From the human T2T-CHM13v2.0 reference genome, Homo sapiens: a stretch of DNA of 64,000 nt. Location of the stretch: assembly GCF_009914755.1 (NCBI RefSeq), contig NC_060934.1. The stretch is one strand, 5' to 3'. A program made the position numbers and the translations under genes. Of the stretch, positions 13,701 to 27,728 are shown one piece after another. The notes beneath the pieces are model-generated. The model did no database searches. It was not told where the DNA came from and saw only the letters and a program-made list of their open reading frames with translations. Each line of letters starts with the position of its first letter. Position 1 is the stretch's first letter.

Positions 13701-16700
13701 CTTTGTGTTGTTTGTATTCAACACACAGATTTGAACCTTCCTTTAGAGAGAGCAGATTTGAAACACTCTGTTTTTGGAATTTGCAAGTGCAGATTTCAAG
13801 CGCTTCTAGGCCTATGGCAGAAAAGGAAATATCTTCGTATAAAAACTACACAGAATCATTCTCAACAACTACTTTGTGATGTGTGCGTTCAACTCACAGA
13901 GTTTAACCTTTCTTTTCATAGAGCAGTTTGGAAACACTCTGTTTGTAAAGCCTGCAAGTGCTTTTTTGGACTTCATTGAGGCCTTCGTTGGAAACGGGAT
14001 TTCTTCATATAATGCTAGACAGAAGAATTCTCAGTCACTTCTTTGTGTTGTGTGTATTCAAGTCACAGAGTTGAACCTTCCTTTAGACAGAGCAGTTTTG
14101 AAAAATTCTTTCTGTGGAGTTTGCAAGTGGAGATTTCAAGCGATTTGAGGCTAATCTTTGAAATGGAAATATCTTCGTGTAAAAGCTACACAGAATCATT
14201 CTCAGAAACTGCTTTGTCATCTGTGCGTTCAGTTCACAGAGTTTCACCTTTCTCTTCATAGAGCAGTTTGGAAAGACTCTGTCTGTAAAGTCTGCAAGTG
14301 ATTAGTTAGACCCCTTTGAGGCCTTCGTTGGAAGCGGGATTTCTCATTTACTGCTAGACAGAAGAATTCTCAGTAAATCCTTAGTGTTGTGTGTATTCAA
14401 CTCACAGAGTGGAACCTTCCTTTATTCAGAGCAGTTTTGAAAAACACTTTTTGTGGAATTTGCAAGTGGAGATTTCAAGCGATTTGACGCCAATCTTAGA
14501 CATGGAAATATCTTCATATTAAAAGTACACAGAGTCATTCGTAGAAACTAGTTTGTGATGTGTGCCTTCAACTCACAGAGTTTAACCTTTCTTTTCATAG
14601 AGCAGTTTGGAAACACTCTATTTGTAAAGTCTGCAAGTGGATATTTGGACCTCTTTGAGGCCTTCGTTGGAAACGGGATTTCTTCATACAACGCTAGACA
14701 GAAGAATTCTCAGTAACTTCTTTGTGTTGTGTGTATTCAACTCACAGAGTTGAACCTTTCTTTAGAGAGAGCAGAGTTGAAACACTCTGTTTTTGGAATT
14801 TGCAACTGCAGATTTCAAGCGATTCTAGGCCTATGGCAGAAAAGGAAATATCTTCGTATAAAAACTACACAGAATCATTCTCAACAACTACTTTGTGATG
14901 TGTGCGTTCAACTCACAGAGTTTAACCTTTCTTTTCATAGAGCAGTTTGGAAACACTCTGTTTGTAAAGCCTGCAAGTGCTTTTTTGGACTTCATTGAGG
15001 CCTTCGTTGGAAACGGGATTTCTTCATATAATGCTAGACAGAAGAATTCTCAGTCACTTCTTTGTGTTGTGTGTATTCAAGTCACAGAGTTGAACCTTCC
15101 TTTAGACAGAGCAGTTTTGAAAAATTCTTTCTGTGGAGTTTGCAAGTGGAGATTTCAAGCGATTTGAGGCTAATCTTTGAAATGGAAATATCTTCGTGTA
15201 AAAACTACACAGAATCATTCTCAGAAACTGCTTTGTCATCTGTGCGTTCAGTTCACAGAGTTTCACCTTTCTCTTCATAGAGCAGTTTGGAAAGACTCTG
15301 TCTGTAAAGTCTGCAAGTGATTACTTAGACCCCTTTGAGGCCTTCGTTGGAAGCGGGATTTCTCATTTACTGCTAGACAGAAGAATTCTCAGTAAATCCT
15401 TTGTGTTGTGTGTATTCAACTCACAGAGTGGAACCTTCCTTTATTCAGAGCAGTTTTGAAAAACACTTTTTGTGGAATTTGCAAGTGGAGATTTCAAGCG
15501 ATTTGACGCCAATCTTAGACATGGAAATATCTTCATATTAAAAGTACACAGAGTCATTCGTAGAAACTAGTTTGTGATGTGTGCCTTCAACTCACAGAGT
15601 TTAACCTTTCTTTTCATAGAGCAGTTTGGAAACACTCTTTTTGTAAAGTCTGCAAGTGGATATTTGGACCTCTTTGAGGCCTTCGTTGGAAACGGGATTT
15701 CTTCATACAACGCTAGACAGAAGAATTCTCAGTAACTTCTTTGTGTTGTGTGTATTCAACTCACAGAGTTGAACCTTTCTTTAGAGAGAGCAGAGTTGAA
15801 ACACTCTGTTTTTGGAATTTGCAACTGCAGATTTCAAGCGATTCTAGGCCTATGGCAGAAAAGGAAATATCTTCGTATAAAAACTACACAGAATCATTCT
15901 CAACAACTACTTTGTGATGTGTGCGTTCAACTCACAGAGTTTAACCTTTCTTTTCATAGAGCAGTTCGGAAACACTCTGTTTGTAAAGACTGCAAGTGCT
16001 TTTTTGGACTTCATTGAGGCCTTCGTTGGAAACGGGATTTCTTCATGTAATGCTAGACAGAAGAATTCTCAGTCACTTCTTTGTGTTGTGTGTATTCAAG
16101 TCACAGAGTTGAACCTTCCTTTAGACAGAGCACTTTTGAAAAATTCTTTCTGTGTAATTTGCAAGTGGAGATTTCAAGCGATTTGAGGCTAATCTTTGAA
16201 ATGGAAATATCTTCGTGTAAAAACTACACAGAATCATTCTCAGAAACTGCTTTGTCATCTGTGCGTTCAGTTCACAGAGTTTCACCTTTCTCTTCATAGA
16301 GCAGTTTGGAAAGACTCTGTCTGTAAAGTCTGCAAGTGATTAGTTAGACCCCTTTGAGGCCTTCGTTGGAAGCGGGATTTCTCATTTACTGCTAGACAGA
16401 AGAATTCTCAGTAAATCCTTTGTGTTGTGTGTATTCAACTCACAGAGTGGAACCTTCCTTTATTCAGAGCAGTTTTGAAACACTCTTTTTGTGGAATTTG
16501 CAAGTGGAGATTTCAAGCGATTTGACGCCAATCTTAGACATGGAAATATCTTCATATTAAAAGTACACAGAGTCATTCGTAGAAACTAGTTTGTGATGTG
16601 TGCCTTCAACTCACAGAGTTTAACCTTTCTTTTCATAGAGCAGTTGGGAAACACTCTATTTGTAAAGTCTGCAAGTGGATATTTGGACCTCTTTGAGGCC

Positions 16701-19700
16701 TTCGTTGGAAACGGGATTTCTTCATATAACGCTAGACAGAAGAATTCTCAGTAACTTCTTTGTGTTGTGTGTATTCAACTCACAGAGTTGAACCTTTCTT
16801 TAGAGGGAGCAGAGGTGAAACACTCTTTTTGTGGAATTTGCTAGTGTAGATTTCAAACGCTTCGAAGACAGTGATAGAAAAGGATATATCTTCGTATTAA
16901 AAGTAGACAAAATCATTCTCAGAAAACTCTTTGTGATGTGTGTGTTCAACTCACAGAGTTTAACCTTTCTTTAATCGAGCAGTTTGGAAATACACTCTTT
17001 GTAAGTCTGCAGGTGGATATTTGGCCCTCTTTGAGCCCTTCGTTGGAAACGGGATTTCCTCATATAATGCTAGACAGAAGAATTCTCAGTAACTTCTTTG
17101 TGTTGTTTGTATTCAACACACAGATTTGAACCTTCCTTTAGAGAGAGCAGATTTGAAACACTCTGTTTTTGGAATTTGCAAGTGCAGATTTCAAGCGCTT
17201 CTAGGCCTATGGCAGAAAAGGAAATATCTTCGTATAAAAACTACACAGAATCATTCTCAACAACTACTTTGTGATGTGTGCGTTCAACTCACAGAGTTTA
17301 ACCTTTCTTTTCATAGAGCAATTTGGAAACACTCTGTTTGTAAAGCCTGCAAGTGCTTTTTTGGACTTCATTGAGGCCTTCGTTGGAAACGGGATTTCTT
17401 CATATAATGCTAGACAGAAGAATTCTCAGTCACTTCTTTGTGTTGTGTGTATTCAAGTCACAGAGTTGAACCTTCCTTTAGACAGAGCAGTTTTGAAAAA
17501 TTCTTTCTGTGGAGTTTGCAAGTGGAGATTTCAAGCGATTTGAGGCTAATCTTTGAAATGGAAATATCTTCGTGTAAAAGCTACACAGAATCATTCTCAG
17601 AAACTGCTTTGTCATCTGTGCGTTCAGTTCACAGAGTTTCACCTTTCTCTTCATAGAGCAGTTTGGAAAGACTCTGTCTGTAAAGTCTGCAAGTGATTAG
17701 TTAGACCCCTTTGAGGCCTTCGTTGGAAGCGGGATTTCTCATTTACTGCTAGACAGAAGAATTCTCAGTAAATCCTTTGTGTTGTGTGTATTCAACTCAC
17801 AGAGTGGAACCTTCCTTTATTCAGAGCAGTTTTGAAAAACACTTTTTGTGGAATTTGCAAGTGGAGATTTCAAGCGATTTGACGCCAATCTTAGACATGG
17901 AAATATCTTCATATTAAAAGTACACAGAGTCATTCGTAGAAACTAGTTTGTGATGTGTGCCTTCAACTCACAGAGTTTAACCTTTCTTTTCATAGAGCAG
18001 TTTGGAAACACTCTATTTGTAAAGTCTGCAAGTGGATATTTGGACCTCTTTGAGGCCTTCGTTGGAAACGGGATTTCTTCATACAACGCTAGACAGAAGA
18101 ATTCTCAGTAACTTCTTTGTGTTGTGTGTATTCAACTCACAGAGTTGAACCTTTCTTTAGAGAGAGCAGAGTTGAAACACTCTGTTTTTGGAATTTGCAA
18201 CTGCAGATTTCAAGCGATTCTAGGCCAATGGCAGAAAAGGAAATATCTTCGTATAAAAACTACACAGAATCATTCTCAACAACTACTTTGTGATGTGTGC
18301 GTTCAACTCACAGAGTTTAACCTTTCTTTTCATAGAGCAGTTTGGAAACACTCTGTTTGTAAAGCCTGCAAGTGCTTTTTTGGACTTCATTGAGGCCTTC
18401 GTTGGAAACGGGATTTCTTCATGTAATGCTAGACAGAAGAATTCTCAGTCACTTCTTTGTGTTGTGTGTATTCAAGTCACAGAGTTGAACCTTCCTTTAG
18501 ACAGAGCAGTTTTGAAAAATTCTTTCTGTGGAGTTTGCAAGTGGAGATTTCAAGCGATTTGAGGCTAATCTTTGAAATGGAAATATCTTCGTGTAAAAAC
18601 TACACAGAATCATTCTCAGAAACTGCTTTGTCATCTGTGCGTTCAGTTCACAGAGTTTCACCTTTCTCTTCATAGAGCAGTTTGGAAAGACTCTGTCTGT
18701 AAAGTCTGCAAGTGATTACTTAGACCCCTTTGAGGCCTTCGTTGGAAGCCGGATTTCTCATTTACTGCTAGACAGAAGAATTCTCAGTAAATCCTTTGTG
18801 TTGTGTGTATTCAACTCACAGAGTGGAACCTTCCTTTATTCAGAGCAGTTTTGAAAAACAATTTTTGTGGAATTTGCAAGTGGAGATTTCAAGCGATTTG
18901 ACGCCAATCTTAGACATGGAAATATCTTCATATTAAAAGTACACAGAGTCATTCGTAGAAACTAGTTTGTGATGTGTGCCTTCAACTCACAGAGTTTAAC
19001 CTTTCTTTTCATAGAGCAGTTTGGAAACACTCTGTTTGTAAAGTCTGCAAGTGGATATTTGGACCTCTTTGAGGCCTTCGTTGGAAACGGGATTTCTTCA
19101 TACAACGCTAGACAGAAGAATTCTCAGTAACTTCTTTGTGTTGTGTGTATTCAACTCACAGAGTTGAACCTTTCTTTAGAGAGAGCAGAGTTGAAACACT
19201 CTGTTTTTGGAATTTGCAACTGCAGATTTCAAGCGATTCTAGGCCAATAGCAGAAAAGGAAATATCTTCGTATAAAAACTACACAGAATCATTCTCAACA
19301 ACTACTTTGTGATGTGTGCGTTCAACTCACAGAGTTTAACCTTTCTTTTCATAGAGCAGTTTGGAAACACTCTGTTTGTAAAGCCTGCAAGTGCTTTTTT
19401 GGACTTCATTGAGGCCTTCGTTGGAAACGGGATTTCTTCATGTAATGCTAGACAGAAGAATTCTCAGTCACTTCTTTGTGTTGTGTGTATTCAAGTCACA
19501 GAGTTGAACCTTCCTTTAGACAGAGCAGTTTTGAAAAATTCTTTCTGTGTAATTTGCAAGTGGAGATTTCAAGCGATTTGAGGCTAATCTTTGAAATGGA
19601 AATATCTTCGTGTAAAAACTACACAGAATCATTCTCAGAAACTGCTTTGTCATCTGTGCGTTCAGTTCACAGAGTTTCACCTTTCTCTTCATAGAGCAGT

Positions 19701-22700
19701 TTGGAAAGACTCTGTCTGTAAAGTCTGCAAGTGATTAGTTAGACCCCTTTGAGGCCTTCGTTGGAAGCGGGATTTCTCATTTACTGCTAGACAGAAGAAT
19801 TCTCAGTAAATCCTTTGTGTTGTGTGTATTCAACTCACAGAGTGGAACCTTCCTTTATTCAGAGCAGTTTTGAAACACTCTTTTTGTGGAATTTGCAAGT
19901 GGAGATTTCAAGCGATTTGACGCCAATCTTAGACATGGAAATATCTTCATATTAAAAGTACACAGAGTCATTCGTAGAAACTAGTTTGTGATGTGTGCCT
20001 TCAACTCACAGAGTTTAACCTTTCTTTTCATAGAGCAGTTGGGAAACACTCTATTTGTAAAGTCTGCAAGTGGATATTTGGACCTCTTTGAGGCCTTCGT
20101 TGGAAACGGGATTTCTTCATATAACGCTAGACAGAAGAATTCTCAGTAACTTCTTTGTGTTGTGTGTATTCAACTCACAGAGTTGAACCTTTCTTTAGAG
20201 GGAGCAGAGGTGAAACACTCTTTTTGTGGAATTTGCTAGTGTAGATTTCAAACGCTTCGAAGACAGTGATAGAAAAGGATATATCTTCGTATTAAAAGTA
20301 GACAAAATCATTCTCAGAAAACTCTTTGTGATGTGTGTGTTCAACTCACAGAGTTTAACCTTTCTTTAATCGAGCAGTTTGGAAATACACTCTTTGTAAG
20401 TCTGCAGGTGGATATTTGGCCCTCTTTGAGCCCTTCGTTGGAAACGGGATTTCCTCATATAATGCTAGACAGAAGAATTCTCAGTAACTTCTTTGTGTTG
20501 TTTGTATTCAACACACAGATTTGAACCTTCCTTTAGAGAGAGCAGATTTGAAACACTCTGTTTTTGGAATTTGCAAGTGCAGATTTCAAGCGCTTCTAGG
20601 CCTATGGCAGAAAAGGAAATATCTTCGTATAAAAACTACACAGAATCATTCTCAACAACTACTTTGTGATGTGTGCGTTCAACTCACAGAGTTTAACCTT
20701 TCTTTTCATAGAGCAGTTTGGAAACACTCTGTTTGTAAAGCCTGCAAGTGCTTTTTTGGACTTCATTGAGGCCTTCGTTGGAAACGGGATTTCTTCATAT
20801 AATGCTAGACAGAAGAATTCTCAGTCACTTCTTTGTGTTGTGTGTATTCAAGTCACAGAGTTGAACCTTCCTTTAGACAGAGCAGTTTTGAAAAATTCTT
20901 TCTGTGGAGTTTGCAAGTGGAGATTTCAAGCGATTTGAGGCTAATCTTTGAAATGGAAATATCTTCGTGTAAAAGCTACACAGAATCATTCTCAGAAACT
21001 GCTTTGTCATCTGTGCGTTCAGTTCACAGAGTTTCACCTTTCTCTTCATAGAGCAGTTTGGAAAGACTCTGTCTGTAAAGTCTGCAAGTGATTAGTTAGA
21101 CCCCTTTGAGGCCTTCGTTGGAAGCGGGATTTCTCATTTACTGCTAGACAGAAGAATTCTCAGTAAATCCTTAGTGTTGTGTGTATTCAACTCACAGAGT
21201 GGAACCTTCCTTTATTCAGAGCAGTTTTGAAAAACACTTTTTGTGGAATTTGCAAGTGGAGATTTCAAGCGATTTGACGCCAATCTTAGACATGGAAATA
21301 TCTTCATATTAAAAGTACACAGAGTCATTCGTAGAAACTAGTTTGTGATGTGTGCCTTCAACTCACAGAGTTTAACCTTTCTTTTCATAGAGCAGTTTGG
21401 AAACACTCTATTTGTAAAGTCTGCAAGTGGATATTTGGACCTCTTTGAGGCCTTCGTTGGAAACGGGATTTCTTCATACAACGCTAGACAGAAGAATTCT
21501 CAGTAACTTCTTTGTGTTGTGTGTATTCAACTCACAGAGTTGAACCTTTCTTTAGAGAGAGCAGAGTTGAAACACTCTGTTTTTGGAATTTGCAACTGCA
21601 GATTTCAAGCGATTCTAGGCCTATGGCAGAAAAGGAAATATCTTCGTATAAAAACTACACAGAATCATTCTCAACAACTACTTTGTGATGTGTGCGTTCA
21701 ACTCACAGAGTTTAACCTTTCTTTTCATAGAGCAGTTTGGAAACACTCTGTTTGTAAAGCCTGCAAGTGCTTTTTTGGACTTCATTGAGGCCTTCGTTGG
21801 AAACGGGATTTCTTCATATAATGCTAGACAGAAGAATTCTCAGTCACTTCTTTGTGTTGTGTGTATTCAAGTCACAGAGTTGAACCTTCCTTTAGACAGA
21901 GCAGTTTTGAAAAATTCTTTCTGTGGAGTTTGCAAGTGGAGATTTCAAGCGATTTGAGGCTAATCTTTGAAATGGAAATATCTTCGTGTAAAAACTACAC
22001 AGAATCATTCTCAGAAACTGCTTTGTCATCTGTGCGTTCAGTTCACAGAGTTTCACCTTTCTCTTCATAGAGCAGTTTGGAAAGACTCTGTCTGTAAAGT
22101 CTGCAAGTGATTACTTAGACCCCTTTGAGGCCTTCGTTGGAAGCGGGATTTCTCATTTACTGCTAGACAGAAGAATTCTCAGTAAATCCTTTGTGTTGTG
22201 TGTATTCAACTCACAGAGTGGAACCTTCCTTTATTCAGAGCAGTTTTGAAAAACACTTTTTGTGGAATTTGCAAGTGGAGATTTCAAGCGATTTGACGCC
22301 AATCTTAGACATGGAAATATCTTCATATTAAAAGTACACAGAGTCATTCGTAGAAACTAGTTTGTGATGTGTGCCTTCAACTCACAGAGTTTAACCTTTC
22401 TTTTCATAGAGCAGTTTGGAAACACTCTTTTTGTAAAGTCTGCAAGTGGATATTTGGACCTCTTTGAGGCCTTCGTTGGAAACGGGATTTCTTCATACAA
22501 CGCTAGACAGAAGAATTCTCAGTAACTTCTTTGTGTTGTGTGTATTCAACTCACAGAGTTGAACCTTTCTTTAGAGAGAGCAGAGTTGAAACACTCTGTT
22601 TTTGGAATTTGCAACTGCAGATTTCAAGCGATTCTAGGCCTATGGCAGAAAAGGAAATATCTTCGTATAAAAACTACACAGAATCATTCTCAACAACTAC

Positions 22701-25700
22701 TTTGTGATGTGTGCGTTCAACTCACAGAGTTTAACCTTTCTTTTCATAGAGCAGTTCGGAAACACTCTGTTTGTAAAGACTGCAAGTGCTTTTTTGGACT
22801 TCATTGAGGCCTTCGTTGGAAACGGGATTTCTTCATGTAATGCTAGACAGAAGAATTCTCAGTCACTTCTTTGTGTTGTGTGTATTCAAGTCACAGAGTT
22901 GAACCTTCCTTTAGACAGAGCACTTTTGAAAAATTCTTTCTGTGCAATTTGCAAGTGGAGATTTCAAGCGATTTGAGGCTAATCTTTGAAATGGAAATAT
23001 CTTCGTGTAAAAACTACACAGAATCATTCTCAGAAACTGCTTTGTCATCTGTGCGTTCAGTTCACAGAGTTTCACCTTTCTCTTCATAGAGCAGTTTGGA
23101 AAGACTCTGTCTGTAAAGTCTGCAAGTGATTAGTTAGACCCCTTTGAGGCCTTCGTTGGAAGCGGGATTTCTCATTTACTGCTAGACAGAAGAATTCTCA
23201 GTAAATCCTTTGTGTTGTGTGTATTCAACTCACAGAGTGGAACCTTCCTTTATTCAGAGCAGTTTTGAAACACTCTTTTTGTGGAATTTGCAAGTGGAGA
23301 TTTCAAGCGATTTGACGCCAATCTTAGACATGGAAATATCTTCATATTAAAAGTACACAGAGTCATTCGTAGAAACTAGTTTGTGATGTGTGCCTTCAAC
23401 TCACAGAGTTTAACCTTTCTTTTCATAGAGCAGTTGGGAAACACTCTATTTGTAAAGTCTGCAAGTGGATATTTGGACCTCTTTGAGGCCTTCGTTGGAA
23501 ACGGGATTTCTTCATATAACGCTAGACAGAAGAATTCTCAGTAACTTCTTTGTGTTGTGTGTATTCAACTCACAGAGTTGAACCTTTCTTTAGAGGGAGC
23601 AGAGGTGAAACACTCTTTTTGTGGAATTTGCTAGTGTAGATTTCAAACGCTTCGAAGACAGTGATAGAAAAGGATATATCTTCGTATTAAAAGTAGACAA
23701 AATCATTCTCAGAAAACTCTTTGTGATGTGTGTGTTCAACTCACAGAGTTTAACCTTTCTTTAATCGAGCAGTTTGGAAATACACTCTTTGTAAGTCTGC
23801 AGGTGGATATTTGGCCCTCTTTGAGCCCTTCGTTGGAAACGGGATTTCCTCATATAATGCTAGACAGAAGAATTCTCAGTAACTTCTTTGTGTTGTTTGT
23901 ATTCAACACACAGATTTGAACCTTCCTTTAGAGAGAGCAGATTTGAAACACTCTGTTTTTGGAATTTGCAAGTGCAGATTTCAAGCGCTTCTAGGCCTAT
24001 GGCAGAAAAGGAAATATCTTCGTATAAAAACTACACAGAATCATTCTCAACAACTACTTTGTGATGTGTGCGTTCAACTCACAGAGTTTAACCTTTCTTT
24101 TCATAGAGCAGTTTGGAAACACTCTGTTTGTAAAGCCTGCAAGTGCTTTTTTGGACTTCATTGAGACCTTCGTTGGAAACGGGATTTCTTCATATAATGC
24201 TAGACAGAAGAATTCTCAGTCACTTCTTTGTGTTGTGTGTATTCAAGTCACAGAGTTGAACCTTCCTTTAGACAGAGCAGTTTTGAAAAATTCTTTCTGT
24301 GGAGTTTGCAAGTGGAGATTTCAAGCGATTTGAGGCTAATCTTTGAAATGGAAATATCTTCGTGTAAAAGCTACACAGAATCATTCTCAGAAACTGCTTT
24401 GTCATCTGTGCGTTCAGTTCACAGAGTTTCACCTTTCTCTTCATAGAGCAGTTTGGAAAGACTCTGTCTGTAAAGTCTGCAAGTGATTAGTTAGACCCCT
24501 TTGAGGCCTTCGTTGGAAGCGGGATTTCTCATTTACTGCTAGACAGAAGAATTCTCAGTAAATCCTTAGTGTTGTGTGTATTCAACTCACAGAGTGGAAC
24601 CTTCCTTTATTCAGAGCAGTTTTGAAAAACACTTTTTGTGGAATTTGCAAGTGGAGATTTCAAGCGATTTGACGCCAATCTTAGACATGGAAATATCTTC
24701 ATATTAAAAGTACACAGAGTCATTCGTAGAAACTAGTTTGTGATGTGTGCCTTCAACTCACAGAGTTTAACCTTTCTTTTCATAGAGCAGTTTGGAAACA
24801 CTCTATTTGTAAAGTCTGCAAGTGGATATTTGGACCTCTTTGAGGCCTTCGTTGGAAACGGGATTTCTTCATACAACGCTAGACAGAAGAATTCTCAGTA
24901 ACTTCTTTGTGTTGTGTGTATTCAACTCACAGAGTTGAACCTTTCTTTAGAGAGAGCAGAGTTGAAACACTCTGTTTTTGGAATTTGCAACTGCAGATTT
25001 CAAGCGCTTCTAGGCCTATGGCAGAAAAGGAAATATCTTCGTATAAAAACTACACAGAATCATTCTCAACAACTACTTTGTGATGTGTGCGTTCAACTCA
25101 CAGAGTTTAACCTTTCTTTTCATAGAGCAGTTTGGAAACACTCTGTTTGTAAAGCCTGCAAGTGCTTTTTTGGACTTCATTGAGGCCTTCGTTGGAAACG
25201 GGATTTCTTCATGTAATGCTAGACAGAAGAATTCTCAGTCACTTCTTTGTGTTGTGTGTATTCAAGTCACAGAGTTGAACCTTCCTTTAGACAGAGCAGT
25301 TTTGAAAAATTCTTTCTGTGGAGTTTGCAAGTGGAGATTTCAAGCGATTTGAGGCTAATCTTTGAAATGGAAATATCTTCGTGTAAAAACTACACAGAAT
25401 CATTCTCAGAAACTGCTTTGTCATCTGTGCGTTCAGTTCACAGAGTTTCACCTTTCTCTTCATAGAGCAGTTTGGAAAGAATCTGTCTGTAAAGTCTGCA
25501 AGTGATTACTTAGACCCCTTTGAGGCCTTCGTTGGAAGCCGGATTTCTCATTTACTGCTAGACAGAAGAATTCTCAGTAAATCCTTTGTGTTGTGTGTAT
25601 TCAACTCACAGAGTGGAACCTTCCTTTATTCAGAGCAGTTTTGAAAAACAATTTTTGTGGAATTTGCAAGTGGAGATTTCAAGCGATTTGACGCCAATCT

Positions 25701-27728
25701 TAGACATGGAAATATCTTCATATTAAAAGTACACAGAGTCATTCGTAGAAACTAGTTTGTGATGTGTGCCTTCAACTCACAGAGTTTAACCTTTCTTTTC
25801 ATAGAGCAGTTTGGAAACACTCTGTTTGTAAAGTCTGCAAGTGGATATTTGGACCTCTTTGAGGCCTTCGTTGGAAACGGGATTTCTTCATACAACGCTA
25901 GACAGAAGAATTCTCAGTAACTTCTTTGTGTTGTGTGTATTCAACTCACAGAGTTGAAACTTTCTTTAGAGAGAGCAGAGTTGAAACACTCTGTTTTTGG
26001 AATTTGCAACTGCAGATTTCAAGCGATTCTAGGCCTATGGCAGAAAAGGAAATATCTTCGTATAAAAACTACACAGAATCATTCTCAACAACTACTTTGT
26101 GATGTGTGCGTTCAACTCACAGAGTTTAACCTTTCTTTTCATAGAGCAGTTCGGAAACACTCTGTTTGTAAAGCCTGCAAGTGCTTTTTTGGACTTCATT
26201 GAGGCCTTCGTTGGAAACGGGATTTCTTCATGTAATGCTAGACAGAAGAATTCTCAGTCACTTCTTTGTGTTGTGTGTATTCAAGTCACAGAGTTGAACC
26301 TTCCTTTAGACAGAGCAATTTTGAAAAATTCTTTCTGTGTAATTTGCAAGTGGAGATTTCAAGCGATTTGAGGCTAATCTTTGAAATGGAAATATCTTCG
26401 TGTAAAAACTCCACAGAATCATTCTCAGAAACTGCTTTGTCATCTGTGCGTTCAGTTCACAGAGTTTCACCTTTCTCTTCATAGAGCAGTTTGGAAAGAC
26501 TCTGTCTGTAAAGTCTGCAAGTGATTAGTTAGACCCCTTTGAGGCCTTCGTTGGAAGCGGGATTTCTCATTTACTGCTAGACAGAAGAATTCTCAGTAAA
26601 TCCTTTGTGTTGTGTGTATTCAACTCACAGAGTGGAACCTTCCTTTATTCAGAGCAGTTTTGAAACACTCTTTTTGTGGAATTTGCAAGTGGAGATTTCA
26701 AGCGATTTGACGCCAATCTTAGACATGGAAATATCTTCATATTAAAAGTACACAGAGTCATTCGTAGAAACTAGTTTGTGATGTGTGCCTTCAACTCACA
26801 GAGTTTAACCTTTCTTTTCATAGAGCAGTTGGGAAACACTCTATTTGTAAAGTCTGAAAGTGGATATTTGGACCTCTTTGAGGCCTTCGTTGGAAACGGG
26901 ATTTCTTCATATAACGCTAGACAGAAGAATTCTCAGTAACTTCTTTGTGTTGTGTGTATTCAACTCACAGAGTTGAACCTTTCTTTAGAGGGAGCAGAGG
27001 TGAAACACTCTTTTTGTGGAATTTGCTAGTGTAGATTTCAAACGCTTCGAAGACAGTGATAGAAAAGGATATATCTTCGTATTAAAAGTAGACAAAATCA
27101 TTCTCAGAAAACTCTTTGTGATGTATGTGTTCAACTCACAGAGTTTAACCTTTCTTTAATCGAGCAGTTTGGAAATACACTCTTTGAAAACCTGCAGGTG
27201 GATATTTGGCCCTCTTTGAGCCCTTCGTTGGAAACGGGATTTCCTCATATAATGCTAGACAGAAGAATTCTCAGTAACTTCTTTGTGTTGTTTGTATTCA
27301 ACACACAGATTTGAACCTTCCTTTAGAGAGAGCAGATTTGAAACACTCTGTTTTTGGAATTTGCAAGTGCAGATTTCAAGCGCTTCTAGGCCTATGGCAG
27401 AAAAGGAAATATCTTCGTATAAAAACTACACAGAATCATTCTCAACAACTACTTTGTGATGTGTGCGTTCAACTCACAGAGTTTAACCTTTCTTTTCATA
27501 GAGCAGTTTGGAAACACTCTGTTTGTAAAGCCTGCAAGTGCTTTTTTGGACTTCATTGAGGCCTTCGTTGGAAACGGGATTTCTTCATATAATGCTAGAC
27601 AGAAGAATTCTCAGTCACTTCTTTGTGTTGTGTGTATTCAAGTCACAGAGTTGAACCTTCCTTTAGACAGAGCAGTTTTGAAAAATTCTTTCTGTGGAGT
27701 TTGCAAGTGGAGATTTCAAGCGATTTGA
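10754..27728 (+). repeat. Five tandem copies of a 6+6+8 super-unit (20 monomers, 3395 bp)
   Basis: Landmark positions 10753, 14148, 17543, 20938, 24333 and 27728 are each 3395 bp apart, with internal spacing 1019, 1019, 1357. Confidence 0.9.
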
